A DNA stretch of 64,000 nt from Octopus vulgaris. Taxonomy: Eukaryota. Both the position numbers and the translations under genes were made by a program. The notes beneath the pieces are model-generated. The model was not told the DNA's origin. It saw only the letters and a list, made by a program, of their open reading frames with translations, and did not search any database. Positions 26,504 to 40,165 of the stretch are shown here, piece by piece. Numbering within the stretch: position 1 is the first letter of the stretch; each line of letters begins with the position of its first letter. The stretch covers positions 146,754,001-146,818,000 of the forward strand of contig OX597817.1 of the NCBI GenBank assembly GCA_951406725.2, written 5' to 3'.

Positions 26504-26770
26504 ATCATGATGGTGTCCACTTCCGTCGAATACATCTGCGACTTCATTAACTAGAATTTTAAAACAGCAAAAGAGAGAACATTAAATGTTGAATTTTAAC
26601 GAGGGCGTATTCCCACAATGTAGATTCACTATAACCCGTTGGCGATATGTTAATAGAAAGAAGACTCAGACAAAGGTTTTTAACCACAGGTTTTTATCTC
26701 TCTGTGGACAGAAAAAACTTTGCGTCGTTTTACTATACACACACACACACACACACTCTCACTCACACAT

Positions 26771-26873
<103 letters not shown>

Positions 26874-27087
26874 TGTTGAAATGGAAAGATGAATTTTCTT
26901 GTTACAGATTATTCAAAAGTTTAACCGATACCTAGGTAGCAAAAATCACAGCAGAAAAAAACACGGTTGGAGATAAGACCATATGGTGTTGCAACCGTGC
27001 GTTGGTGCGGACAATTGAAGTTTAATATAATTAGTGAATGGAAGAAATGGAGTTGAACGAAGATTGTACAGAATTCCTTTTATTACA

Positions 27088-27167
27088 TTCTACACATGTT
27101 TCAAAGGCCACAATTTTCCAAATTCTGATTAAATAAGGATACCATATTGCAGCTTTCTCTTCAGGAA
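27088..27167 (-). ncRNA. Type-I hammerhead ribozyme motif (left arm)
   Basis: Inverted copy of 28346-28425. Confidence 0.7.
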
Positions 27168-28345
27168 AAACCAGGAATTACGTTGTCAGAACAAAACAAA
27201 ACAGAGGCGCAGCAAAGCAATTCGAACGAGGACGCTCCTTAAGAGCCCATGGATAAACTGTTTATCAATGTACGTTGAAATCGGGGGTTGGTGGGGTCCG
27301 TTGGAATACTTACAGGTCAGGCCGCGGTCAAATCTAGTAGGTGAGGAATTAATGAGAACAAGGGGTGTGGAGATGTTCTGTGTGACCAAAACTAATGTTC
27401 TGAATATTTAAAGAATACATGGTGTATTTCTTAGGGGCGAGACAAAACCGCCAATGGGGACATCGAAAAGCCGTCTGTAAAAGCCCGTTTACCAAACGGC
27501 CTCTGGCGAACAATATGTGGAAAAGCTCAGAGTTACAAAGATTACACCTCCTTCTGCCCCTATCAAACGGGAGAAGGAGGTGTAATCTTTGTAACTCTGA
27601 GCTTTTCCACATATTGTTCGCCAGAGGCCGTTTGGTAAACGGTCTTTTACAGACGGCTTTTCGATGTCCCCATTGGTGGCGTCATACTTATCTTACATAT
27701 AAATGATACCTAGGACAATTAACACCTTATTACCCTATTAAAAAGAAAAAAATTTTTGGAAATAATTTTTGAAAAAACTTTTTAAAAAAATTCTCTGAAT
27801 AACTCTTGCAAGGGGAAATTACTCCCCTTATGCGATTGGTCGGTTTTTTGTTTTTTTAGAAGCAAACGCCGGAATTATATACCCTTGTGATTCTTTGACG
27901 ATGTTAATTTTTATACAAGCAGGCCACAGACGAACACACGAACACAGAAAATTTTTTTCAGCCGCGTGACAGGCCTTTTTCAGCAGTGCTCATTATCTAG
28001 CGCCCCTCGCCAACACACGGGGGCGCACACATAGGCTAGTATACACATACATGCTTTTAGGTAGGTTTTGTCTCGCCCCTAAGAAATACACCATGTATTC
28101 TTTAAATATTCAGAACATTAGTTTTGGTCACACAGAACATCTCCACACCCCTTGTTCTCATTAATTCCTCACCTACTAGATTTGACCGCGGCCTGACCTG
28201 TAAGTATTCCAACGGACCCCACCAACCCCCGATTTCAACGTACATTGATAAACAGTTTATCCATGGGCTCTTAAGGAGCGTCCTCGTTCGAATTGCTTTG
28301 CTGCGCCTCTGTTTTGTTTTGTTCTGACAACGTAATTCCTGGTTT

Positions 28346-28425
28346 TTCCTGAAGAGAAAGCTGCAATATGATATCCTTATTTAATCAGAATTTGGAAAAT
28401 TGTGGCCTTTGAAACATGTGTAGAA
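28346..28425 (+). ncRNA. Type-I hammerhead ribozyme motif with long stem II (right arm)
   Basis: TTC-CTGAAGA-GAAAGCTGCAAT...ATTGTGGCCTTT-GAAAC-ATGT-GTA-GAA. Confidence 0.7.
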
Positions 28426-28859
28426 TGTAATAAAAGGAATTCTGTACTATCTTCGTTCAACTCCATTTCTTCCATTCACTAAATATATATATATATATGT
28501 ATATATATATGTATATATATATGACGAACATTATTACTCATGAGAGATAACAATGTTAGTGCCCGGAAGCTTAAAGCAGCATAAACAAAATTAATATATA
28601 TATAATAATTATATATAACAAGGACACTAAGAAGCACCAACTTTGCTAAAAACAGGAGTCAGAAAATGCTTCGAAGCTACAAGAATTAGCACTAAATTTT
28701 TACAGGCATGGTTGGAATAAAAAACTAAAAAAATAAGGATTGCAAATTTGCATGAAGGAATACCAGTTGACCTGGTATCATGATTTCGAATTTAGCGCCA
28801 AAAGCACTTGATTATGTTTAGCCAAGTCTACTCATAACAATAACTATATTTCACGTCAA

Positions 28860-29085
28860 CCACTTTATCTCATGTTGCTCCAGTTCACTCAGCTGTAGAA
28901 ATGAGTTGTGACGTCACTGGTGCCAAGCTGCATCGGCTCCTTTGTCCTTCTCTTGGATAACATCAGTGGTGTGGAGAGGGGAGGCTGGTATGCATGGGCG
29001 ACTGCTGGTCTTCCATAAACAACCTTGCCCGGACTTGTGCTTCGGATGGTAACTTTCTAGGTGCAATCCCATGGTCATTCATGAT
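28860..29085 (+). mobile_element. SINE family D, headless
   Basis: Matches 41612-41830. Confidence 0.8.
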
Positions 29086-29190
29086 GCATGTATATATATA
29101 TATATATATATATATTCAAAAGTAAAAAGAAAATGGAGATAAGGAAGCTAATAATTGTTTATTATTAACAACAAATTGGTCACCGTCGCT

Positions 29191-29284
29191 TCTTACAGCC
29201 GTTTCAATTAATGCTCAATCATTTAATTACAAATTTGTATATTAAATTTACATTTATATGATATGAGTATAATTTCATCAGAGA
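29191..29284 (-). ncRNA. Type-I hammerhead ribozyme motif with long AU-rich stem II
   Basis: Minus strand: TCT-CTGATGA-AATTATACTCATATCAT...ATGATTGAGCATTAATT-GAAAC-GGCT-GTA-AGA; element 3' end abuts (TA)n near 29115. Confidence 0.7.
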
Positions 29285-29537
29285 GAATAAGATGTACCTT
29301 TGTATCTTTTTTGATATCATTTTTGCTGTTCACGAAGAAATAAGTTCTCCGTATAAAAAAACATTATTTTTCACAGCGACTGTAAAATTTGTAGGCTTTT
29401 GCAGCTACACGTTTTCAGGTTCAGTTCCACTGCACAGCATCCTGGGGAAGTGACTTCTGCTCTAGCCTGGGGCAGACCACTGTGGGTGAATTTGATTAAC
29501 AGAAACTGAAAGAAGTCTGCGTACACACACACACACA

Positions 29538-29756
29538 CGAGAGTTTGCTGAAAGTTCCTGGCTTTGGGTAAAAGAAAATACAGTAGGATAAGTTAATAAT
29601 GGTTTTATTCAAGATATTCTCCCTTTCAGATTCACACACATATTGCTGCGGTCCTTCAGTTTTTCCAAGCCCTGTAAAAGAACGCGGAAGGTCGGGCCTA
29701 CAACCAGGCTTTTTCGCGCGAGATCCTTGAAGCTAGGAACTTTTCAGTACCCCTCC
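29538..29756 (-). mobile_element. Mariner-derived MITE
   Basis: Imperfect TIRs CGAGAGTTTGCTGAAAGTTCCTGGCT / AGCTAGGAACTTTTCAGTACCCCTC; minus-strand ...KGEYLE* C-terminus. Confidence 0.6.
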
Positions 29757-29950
29757 TATATAGGGAGAATTCACAAAAAAAAAAAAAAAAATGACGAAGA
29801 CAGGCGGTGTAGACAACAAACAGATGTATTAGTATTACGCTCGGGAATGAAAAAGTCTGTAACGTTTCGGGCCTACGCTCTTCCACAGAAAGGAACACAG
29901 AAAGAAACAAGGAGAGAAAATAAAGAATGTGTAGTGGCTAGCGATCTATT
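29757..29950 (-). mobile_element. Family H HHR-like element
   Basis: Reverse complement of the 9860-10040 family; CTGTGGA-AGAGCGTAGGCCC-GAAACGTTA. Confidence 0.7.
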
Positions 29951-30094
29951 ATGGCTGTTAATCTCACACTGGTGGGTGACCATAGCTGTGAGCAGTGGTC
30001 CAGGTGGCTGAGGACGAATGTCCGCCAGAGGACCATCATGGTTTCCTTATCTCTGGTTCTGAATGTTCTTAGGATCCATGTATACATATATATA

Positions 30095-30403
30095 TCACCG
30101 TGATCACCGTGACCGACCAGGCTATCAGATGTTGCTACACATCACTGGTCACTATGCGTTTCGCATTGTTTTAGCCTTTAAATGACGCCACCCCACTGGC
30201 TAAGCGAGCAGGCCAACAGAAAAAAGAGTGAGAGAAAGTTGCGGCGAAAGAGTACAGCAGGGATTTCCACCACCCGCTGCCGGAGCCTCGTGGAGCTTTA
30301 GGTGTTTTCGCTCAATAAACATTCACAATGCCTAGTCTAGGAATCGAAACCGTGATCCTATGACCGCGAGTCCGCTGCCCTAACCACTGGGCCATTGCGC
30401 CTC

Positions 30404-30404
<1 letters not shown>
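30095..30404 (-). mobile_element. tRNA-derived SINE family C; also 47668-47860 (+) and 1-35 (-)
   Basis: GAGGCGCAATGGCCCAGTGGTTAGGGCAGCGGACTCGCGGTC...GGTTTCGATTCC head with A/B boxes. Confidence 0.8.
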
Positions 30405-30444
<40 letters not shown>

Positions 30445-30493
30445 GTTTATACATACATACATACATACATACATACATACATACATACATACA

Positions 30494-30526
<33 letters not shown>

Positions 30527-30794
30527 GTGTGAGTGTGTATGTGCGTGCGTGTATGTATGTATATGAATACTACTCAGGGTTTTATGCACATCGTCACCTT
30601 ATTGAAAGTAACGACATAACAGCTAGACATGCTTTATCACATTCGCTCACATCTAAACACATAAACAAGCGCAGACACAGGCGCACATCTTTTAAATATA
30701 CATGAATCTATTATAGATGCATTCTGAAATAACTTTCACAAACACTATCTCATATCTGCTGTATATTTGAATCATATTAAATATATTAAATATC

Positions 30795-30887
30795 TATATA
30801 TCTGTCTGCCTGTCTGTCTGTCTGCCTGTCTGTCTGTCTGCCTGCCTACCTGCCTGCCTGTCTGTCTGTATGTCTATCCATCCATGC

Positions 30888-30951
<64 letters not shown>

Positions 30952-30973
30952 GTGTGTGTGTGTGTCTGACTGA

Positions 30974-31047
<74 letters not shown>

Positions 31048-31094
31048 ATCTATCTATCTATCTATCTATCTACCTATCGGTGAGTGTGTGTGTG

Positions 31095-31163
<69 letters not shown>

Positions 31164-31348
31164 GTCTGTCTGTCTGTCTGTCTGTATGTATATATGTATG
31201 TATGTATGTATGTACATCTGTCTATCTAGCAATAAATATGAGTGTGTGTAGTTATGCGCGTGTTTGCGTGTATACATGTATTTATATATACACACACATT
31301 TACGTTTATATATACATGTATATATGCTATATAAGTTATATATGTATG

Positions 31349-31396
<48 letters not shown>

Positions 31397-31450
31397 ATAT
31401 ATATATATATATGTACACTCACATACACACACATGCACACACACACAGAA
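30795..31450. repeat. (TCTG)n/(TCTA)n/(TA)n microsatellite field
   Basis: Directly visible. Confidence 0.95.
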
Positions 31451-32460
31451 ATAGTATATATAGAGGTGTATAAGTGTGTGCATAATTAAGACACACACAC
31501 TAACACGGTCAAAAACTCATAGCAGCATATACTCATAGAAGTGTAAGTATGTGTGTGCATGTCTATGTGTGTGTATGTGTGTGCGTATGCATTTGTGCGT
31601 GTGTGTATTGACGTTCGCTCTCATGAATAAGCAATCCATGATCACGTGGTTATGTTGCAATTCCATACAGTTTTAGTCGTACAGTCGCCTTTAAATGGTA
31701 GTCTTGTTGTTATCATATTTTAATATCTGTTAGAATTATCTATTAATCCGTCCCTTATATCACATCCTTATTTAGAACTTCCATTCATATCAGCTTCCTT
31801 TTCATCTTCCTTTTTTTATCTCCATGTTAGATCGTCTTTTTTTAAACATTAAAAAAAAAAAAAAATGAAAGAAAAGTTTTTGTATCAAACATTTAATTGT
31901 CAATCTGTCGTGAACGGCTGATCGTACAGAGATATGGTCAGCTACCGCTGCTACTGCCGCTGCTTCTGCCACTGCTGTTGTTGTTGTTGCTGTTGTTGTT
32001 GCTGTTGCCGCTGTTTCTGCTGTTGGTGTGGTTGTTATAGGACTGTAACTCTATCGAAAATATACTTTGCAACCACGTCGTTTCAAGTTCAATCGCACTG
32101 TATGGCACTTTGGGCTAGTATCTTTTATTTATAAACCCGGGTCAACCAATGACTTGTGAGTGAATTTGGTTGGTGGAAACTACGCGGAAGCTCATCAACT
32201 ATGTGTGTGTGTGTGTGATATGCATGTATGAGTATGTACGTGTGTGTGCATCTTTGTATCTGTGTTGGTTTGTTTACGTCCCCGTAACTTAGTGGTCCTG
32301 CAACAATGAGCGATAGAGTTGTTACCAGTCTTATATAAGTCCTCGCGTCGATTTTTTCGACGAAAATCCCCACAAGGCGGTGCCCCGCCATGACCACGGA
32401 CCGATGACTTGAAACAAAGAAAAGATAAAGAATAAACACTCACACGCACACATATATAGC

Positions 32461-32497
<37 letters not shown>

Positions 32498-33385
32498 CTA
32501 GCAGTATCACCCGGTGTTGCTTGGGTCTGTTTCGACCCTTTAGAATTGGAATTTTTGAAAAGTAAAAATGTTACATTATGCAACTTGTTATTCTCTTCAA
32601 GTGAGCATTTTCCCAGTTGAAATACACCGAAAAATGGCGACACAGCAGTCTAAAATCGTAAAAAATTGGGATTTTCATAGAAAAAAAGTACCTTTTTGAT
32701 GTAAATAACTTTTGGCGTTAATATGGAATTTAGATATCCTTTAGATAGTCACGCCCTCTACTCATGCATGCATGCTAATGTATATGCAGATCTGCATGTT
32801 TTGACGTAGTGCATATATCTGCATATACACATATTTACATGTATATATATATATGTGTGTATCTGGAATATTTTGCACATATTCAGTTCTTAACAGATTG
32901 TAATTGTAAATGCTTAACCTTGTCTTTTCTGCTTTGTGAAATGCAACTTATCTACGTCACTTAGCTATACAGAGTGTCTCGTAATGGTGAAACACATTTT
33001 ATTTGTAACTAGCAGTATCGCCCGGCGTTGCTCGGGTTTGTTTCGACCCTTTAGAATTGGAATTTTCGAAAAGTAATTTTGCACGATGTAGCTTGTTATT
33101 CTCTTTAAGTGAACATTTTTCTGGTTGAAATACACCGAAAAATGGCGACACAGCAGTAAAAAAATCGTAAAAAAATAGGGATTTTCATAGAAAAAAAGTA
33201 CCTTTTTGATGTAAATAATTTTTGGCGTTAACATGGTCCGATTTGAATTTTATCTTCTACAGAATGAAGAGCAAGCCTTCTTCTATCATACTCCCAATTT
33301 TGGTCAACTTGCGCTGCAGGGTCTAGAAGGAGATAGTGTTAGTTGACGGCTACCAAACCTGCCACACACAGACACACAAGTTGAG

Positions 33386-33390
<5 letters not shown>
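32498..33390 (-). mobile_element. Composite non-autonomous Helitron with two 3' ends and a 285-bp captured segment
   Basis: Hairpin+CTAG ends at 33009 and 32498; 32724-33008 is the reverse complement of 14189-14473. Confidence 0.85.
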
Positions 33391-33449
<59 letters not shown>

Positions 33450-34480
33450 TTATAAAACAAGAAGACAGAATGTACAGGCTTTACTTACAAGTACAACAAT
33501 TGTTTCTGTGCAATTGTAACAGCTGTTAGTTGCTGAGTTTTCAATATCATACAATGACATAAAATACTATATAAATAATAAATATGATTCTCTAGCAGGT
33601 TTTATACTGGCCAGGAGTAAAATCCTTACGTATAAGAGACCTTAGATTTTCCACTTCAATCGAAGCTGTAGATAGATCCACAGGGGGAAAAAACCTCTTA
33701 TCAACAAGAAGTATTCTAACAAGGTAATAGACAAAGACTTAAAACAATACTGAGAAAAACACACTGTAATAAATATCCCAGACTCCAAAGCTATTAAAAC
33801 TACACAAACCATAAATAAAGTGTATTATACGAATTAAATACTCTCTAAATATAAAATGAATGAATACATTACAAAAACAAAGAAAAGTTCGTAAAATAGA
33901 ACACATTGACATCAAACGATAAATTAATGCATTATACAAAGCGATAAATTAAAACCAATAGTTTTCTTTAGAAACCCCACTAAAAATTTTTAAAAAATTG
34001 TTTCTTATCTGTTACAAACCCTAAGCATCTAAACCCAAGAATAAGGGACGATGGATCGATGTGATTCATAAATTCGATTGCAAACATGTCTTCGGATGCC
34101 CTGTTGACCATACGAGTTCGACAGTCTCTTGCCGACTCACCATACAGTTGCAACAAGGAAAGAAGGAACAATTGCAATAGATTACACTACACAATACAAG
34201 GCAAAGATAAATGGGAAAACGTTTGTTGATGATATATCTATAGTGTGCAGGAGTCATCACAGAAATAGACAATACAAACTATACACATAGCGCAGCACAA
34301 TGTCAGAATAAACACATAAATATTATACAATAACCATAAACAGAAATAAATACCAAATCGATGACCATTGAATCTTGCAGTGAAAATAAGTTGATGGCGA
34401 GTACATCAATTGATTTGGCCTTGCCTACTTTAAAGAAGTAGCAACATTCACCAAGACGAAACTATGAAGTTCGCGGGACA
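33450..34480 (-). pseudogene. Degenerate Penelope-like GIY-YIG endonuclease region and 3' end
   Basis: SVIYCNC..C / LYGESARDCRTRM resembles VIY.I.C..C...YVGET.R.L..R; ends at (TA)n. Confidence 0.5.
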
Positions 34481-34569
34481 AAATCTGTAAGAAATTCATA
34501 AAAATATTAAAAAAGAATTCTTTCATAAAAAATAAAACCGGAATAATCGTGTGTATTCAACGCAACATA

Positions 34570-34990
34570 TATGACATCTGTCCAAAAAGAAACAGAACCT
34601 TTTAAAAAACAAATTTATTAAGATTTATCTCCATCAATAGTTTCCTTCTAACGTCTTTTTTCTCCAGTTTTAAAATGTGTACTGGGAAGTAGTTTTAAGG
34701 ACAGTACACAAATTATCAAACGAATTTTCTTCGATCTTTTCTATCATGTGAAATCGGTGGCCTTTCAGTGTGGATTTTAACTCTGGGAAGAAAAAAGACT
34801 TAACAAGGATCATATCCAGGGAGTAGAGCGACTGAAACACAGCAGCCGCCTCGGGCTTTACCAAAAACGTCACATATAAGGAGTGACGTGTGAGTTAGTT
34901 CTTTATGGAAGGGAATCGTCCAGATTTCGCTTGTCTATATTGAAGGCTTCCTACTTTGCTCTGCCCATCTCTAAAGCTTTAAGACATCAA
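34570..34990 (-). pseudogene. Mariner transposase fragment
   Basis: YSLDMILVKSFFFPELKSTLKGHRF resembles YSPDLAP.DFFLFPKLK..LKG.RF. Confidence 0.6.
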
Positions 34991-35052
34991 GTCAAAATAT
35001 TTATTAATATTCTGAATTCTTGGAACAATACTTTAATGAACGACGCTCTTTC

Positions 35053-35126
<74 letters not shown>

Positions 35127-35159
35127 GGATAAAAACAACAACAACAACAGCAATAATAA

Positions 35160-36045
35160 TACAAAAGCTGTAAAACAAGTGAAATCCAAACTAAAACTGG
35201 AACAACAACGGATCATGGTAAAATTATAACGGGAAAAGCCCCTTCATGGCAAGTATTGGGTTAACCTCAACAGAAAAGAATGGCTGAGAAGTCCAGAAAT
35301 CAAAGCAGAGACTGAAGGATTTTTAATTGCAGCACAAGACAAAAGCCTCCCTACCAGAAATTACCAAAAACATATAATGAAAAGAAACCTAAGTAACTGC
35401 AGAATAAGTGGAGATGGACAAGAAACAATATATCATATTATCTGTGGCTGTCCAGTCCTGGCTAGGAAGGAATATATTCACAGACACGACAGAGTTGGGA
35501 TCTATATACACTGGAAGCTATGCCAACACTATGGAATAACAACAGAAAAAAGATGGTATAAGCACACACCAGAAATGGTCTCAGAAAACGAGAAAGAAAC
35601 CATACTCTGGAATATACCAATACACACATAGAAACATGAAGACCAATAGGCCGAATATAGTTGTCAGAGATCATAAAAAAATTGCTTTCTAATTGATGTA
35701 TCAATACCGGCTGATGACAATGTTTCTCTAAAAGAAATGGAAAAAATTTCAAAATACAAAGACCTAGAAATAGAGGTAACTCGAGTGTGGAATCTAAAAA
35801 CGGAAACAATTCCTATCCTAATAGGCGCATTAGGCACGATAAAAAAATATTCTGACAAATACCTAACAAAAACACCAGTACTAACAAGTATATATAACAT
35901 AGAGAAATAGCACTAATAGGCACCGCAAACATCCTACGTAAAACACTTTCAATATACTAAAAATAAGACCATCACAACAAACCACAGCACATACGCAAGG
36001 CACACAGATCTGCGCTCGGTAGTGCAGTGAAAGCACGTGACAAAT
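35160..36045 (+). pseudogene. Dong/R4-clade non-LTR retrotransposon 3' fragment (restriction-like endonuclease)
   Basis: KPLHGKY, ETEGFLIAAQD, C..ETIYHIICGC..LA..EY..RHD, NRPNIV, IDVSIP, KYKDL, GALG motifs; preceded by (AAT)n. Confidence 0.9.
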
Positions 36046-36049
36046 AGGA

Positions 36050-36360
36050 GAGGAATTATTTGGTGTTTGAATAATTCACCTCTGGAAACATGGGTGTTTC
36101 GTTCAACATCCTTAAACAATCCTTATTCAAGGCCCTTTTGAGCAGGATGAACTACTCGACCTGAAGAAAATTCTAACTGGGCTCCACCTGCAAGGTTATG
36201 CGTAGTTAATCTTGATATGAGATCACCATATCGCGCACATATTGTTGTGATGCATGAGCTTGGTGTACTCTTATCAGATGGGTAATCATGATGGGTATAC
36301 TGGGCTTCATATATTTTACCCCAGTGTCACTTTGATGGCATGCACTGCTCTCTCACTCAA
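36050..36360 (+). mobile_element. Probable LINE 3' end with (AAT)n tail
   Basis: GC-richer segment ending CTCTCACTC-AATAATAATAAT within the Dong cluster. Confidence 0.35.
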
Positions 36361-36404
36361 TAATAATAATTATTCTGTATGTATTCTCATGCAACAAGAG
36401 GAAT

Positions 36405-36597
36405 ATAAAGGAAATTGGAATAGAGTGCCCAGTAGAACTGTCACAAAAGGTTTGCCTCCTTGGCACAGCCAGAATGACCAGGAAAGTATTAGATAGCCGA
36501 AAAGAACGGATAACATGGCACCGTAAGCTGCAGGTAGTAAGCCCGCTATGCATGCAAGATTCCAGGAGCTCCAACAAAACCTATGATAAAGAGAAAC

Positions 36598-36598
<1 letters not shown>
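36405..36598 (+). mobile_element. Short Dong/R4-like 3' end
   Basis: ELSQKVCLLGTARMTRKVLD plus short UTR, followed by (AAT)n. Confidence 0.7.
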
Positions 36599-36665
<67 letters not shown>

Positions 36666-36746
36666 TTACTGATGGTGATGATGATGATGATGGTGGTGAT
36701 GATGATAGTGATGATGGTGATGATGATAATGATAATAATAATAATA

Positions 36747-36846
<100 letters not shown>

Positions 36847-36856
36847 TAATAATAAA

Positions 36857-37860
36857 CACCTACATAGAAAGCTCTGATGACTGGATGTTAAAACTTGTCT
36901 TAAAGCATGAAAACAAGAAAGCATCATACTCAGTAACAAAACCGGCAAAGGAATACCTAAGTGAATTCCAAATAGAACAAATTTCAGAATGAGACGTATT
37001 GGAAACAAGCACAGAAAAATCTAAGCGTATGAAAACCCGTGCCAAAACTACTGCCTTAGATATTCTTACTGATAAATGATAAGAAAAACCTCTCAATGGC
37101 AAATGCCCAAAGAGAGCGAATAATGCCGATGTTGACAAAGCGCTTATCCATCAATAGTTAGTGTCTTCTGGCTTAAAATCGGAAACAGAAGGGTTTATCA
37201 CAATGCCTACCCACAGGGAGCTACCAGGCCAATATATTAAAGAACGGTAGTAGCCCAACATGTCGTGTATGTCAACAACAAAATGAAACCATTGGTCATG
37301 TTGTCTCCATGTGCAGTCTTCTAGCACCTACAGAGTATCTCAACAGGCATGATAGAGCAGCACAATATATTCACTGGGTAATTTGCAAAAACCTGGACCT
37401 GCCCCATGATAAAAACTGGTGGGAGCACAAACCACCTCCAGAGCTTGAAAATCATCACATCTCACTCCTCTGAAACTTCAGCGTTCAAACTGACAGAAAG
37501 ATAGATGCGAATAGGCCAGACTTCAGACAAAAATCATGCCTGATATGACTGTCTCAATCGACATAAATGTATTTGTCAAGACCTACCAAAAACTGAGCAA
37601 ATATAAAGATCTTGAAATAGAAATCAGCAAAATGTGGAACCTGAAGACTAAAACAATACCTGTTGTCATAGGTGCTCTGGGAATGATAGAAAAGGAGGCT
37701 GATTGCTACCTAGCTCAGATACCAGGAAACCTCAAAATGGCAGAAATTCAAAAGATAGTGCTCACGGGAACTGCCCATATCCTACGTAAAATACTGTCTA
37801 TGTAATCTCAAATTCAAAACAATCTTATAATTTTCTTATGTTTTCTTAAAACATCCTGGA
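36857..37860 (+). pseudogene. Second Dong/R4-clade 3' fragment
   Basis: LKSETEGFI, CRVC..ETIGHVVSMC..LA..EYL.RHD, ANRPD, KYKDLEIEISKMW, VIGALG, GTAHILRKIL; preceded by (AAT)n/(GAT)n. Confidence 0.9.
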
Positions 37861-38073
37861 CGTCCTTACGATTTGAAACGCTAGTACCACTCGTGACGTT
37901 GCGAACGCCTCAAACAATCCTTCCCGTAGTTCATTGCAGCATTAGAAAGATCTCTGTAAAAGTTTCTACCAATTTAAAACAATTTCGCATAAACATGTTT
38001 TTCTTATATTTCGTTTTTGGATTTGGTTTACAAGATTCTTTATGTGAGTTCATGCGTTGAAACATATTCTGTT

Positions 38074-38253
38074 GAGTCATTTTCTTTTTGTGCCTTATGA
38101 TTTAACACACTCACCGGTAAAATTTTCACTTAGTCAAGACTATGGAAAAAGTTGCAAGACGCAACTAAAATTTTAGGAAAATGAAAATAAGAAATAAGTG
38201 GAAATTTTACCGGTGAGTGTGTTAAATTATAAGGCACCAAAAGAGAATGACTC
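38074..38253. repeat. 59-bp inverted repeat with 62-bp spacer
   Basis: 38074-38132 vs 38195-38253. Confidence 0.85.
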
Positions 38254-38599
38254 TCCCCAGACACAACATAATATTGTTCTTTCAAATCCTTCAATACTCA
38301 GCTAGTGACAAATCATCGAATGCGCTAAACTCACCCCCACTCCATCACGCTTCGATCGGCGACTGATACTCTTGGCACGATGTAGCTGCGACTAGACTAA
38401 AGATCAAGGTCACGTATACATATGCATTAACAGTACTGCAGTCACGAGAACGCTGTGACGGTTAGCTGGTGCGTCGTTTTAAAGTTTGTTTCAGTTTTGG
38501 ACAGATTTCATATAAACTCCTTCCTTTCTTCCTTCCATTCGTCCTTCCTTTCTTCCGTCCTTCCTTGCTTCATTATTACATTCGTACATACCTACATAT

Positions 38600-38648
38600 A
38601 ATCATACATACATACATACATACATACATACATACATACATACATACA

Positions 38649-38682
<34 letters not shown>

Positions 38683-38775
38683 CATACATACATACATATA
38701 TATACGTATAGTTACATGCATACATACGTACATAACATACATCTGTATATTTGTTTTTGTATCAACCCATCTGTA

Positions 38776-38806
<31 letters not shown>

Positions 38807-38819
38807 ATGTATGCATATA

Positions 38820-38903
<84 letters not shown>

Positions 38904-39099
38904 TGTATGTATGTATGTATGTATGTATGTATAATGTATTTTTACGTGTGCATATGTGTGTTTCCACGTGTCAGTGTATGCTAACCACTTTATAATTGTG
39001 GAATAAACAGATTTCAAAGGGAATTCTATATCTTTGAATTGAAGTCTACGATAGAAATGCAGAGATAGAGATAGATAGATAGATAGAGAGATAGAGATA

Positions 39100-39130
<31 letters not shown>

Positions 39131-39785
39131 TAATATGATCTTCGTATGAAAGAGCATCACAAACACAAAGATATAATTTTTCACTCTTTCTCTCGACAAT
39201 ATTCGATAAAGTTCATGATTATTAACAACAGTTATAGGATGTGTATGCATGTGTGCATATATGTATGTGTATGTATGTGTGTATGTATGCATGTATGTAT
39301 GTGTATGTATGTGTATGTGTGTGTGTATGTATGCATGTATGTATGTGTATGTATGTGTATGTGTGTGTGTGTATGTATGCATGTATGTATGTATGTGTGT
39401 ATGTATGTGTGCATGTATGTATGTATGTGTGTATGTATGTGTGCATGTATGTATGTGTGTATATATGTATGTATATGTGTGTATATGTATGTATGTATAT
39501 ATGTGTGTGTATGCATGTATATATGTGTGTATGCATGTGTGTATGTATGTATGCATGTGTGTATGTACGTATGCATGTATGTATGTGTGTGTACGTATGT
39601 GTATATGTATGTGTGTGTATGTATGTGTGCATGTATGTGTGTGTATGTGTATGTATGTATGTACGTATGTGTGTGTATGTATGTGTGCATGTATGTGTAT
39701 GTATGTGTATGTATGTATGTAAGTACGTGTGTGTATGTATGTGTGTATGTATGTGTGCATGTTTGTGTATGTATGCGTGTATGTT
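38600..39785. repeat. Compound (TACA)n/(TATG/TG)n low-complexity field
   Basis: Directly visible. Confidence 0.95.
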
Positions 39786-40014
39786 CTTTTGTAGTGGTAC
39801 ACAAAACAGAGGGACAGCAGCAGCAGTTTGATATGAGTAACGGTAGTTCTATTCAAACTAGTTTCACATTGCTTGACTCTGGCACACAATACCTCTAGCT
39901 ATGCTATGAGTCAAACGCAAACCGTATAAGCACACTCACAAAATACACACACACTCTCACACACACATCCATCCATCCATCTTTCTCTCTCTCTCTCTCT
40001 CCCCCTCTCTCTAT

Positions 40015-40165
40015 CTCTTCTTTTGGACTTTCCTATGTTTCTTATTTCCGAAGAAGAGCTTTGCTCGAAACATAAAACAACCACTCTTTCCTTCTCTGAG
40101 TGTCTCTACGTCCTCACATTGTTGATTTTTCTTGCTTTCTTTTTTATCTCCGTTTTCTAAAATGT
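40015..40165 (+). mobile_element. Family H-related element (degenerate HHR)
   Basis: CCGAAGA-AGAGCTTTGCTC-GAAACATA. Confidence 0.55.

Noticed and set aside
27186-28327. Two identical 67-aa ORFs on opposite strands
   Set aside because: Consequence of the inverted arms; non-ATG start and no recognisable domain.
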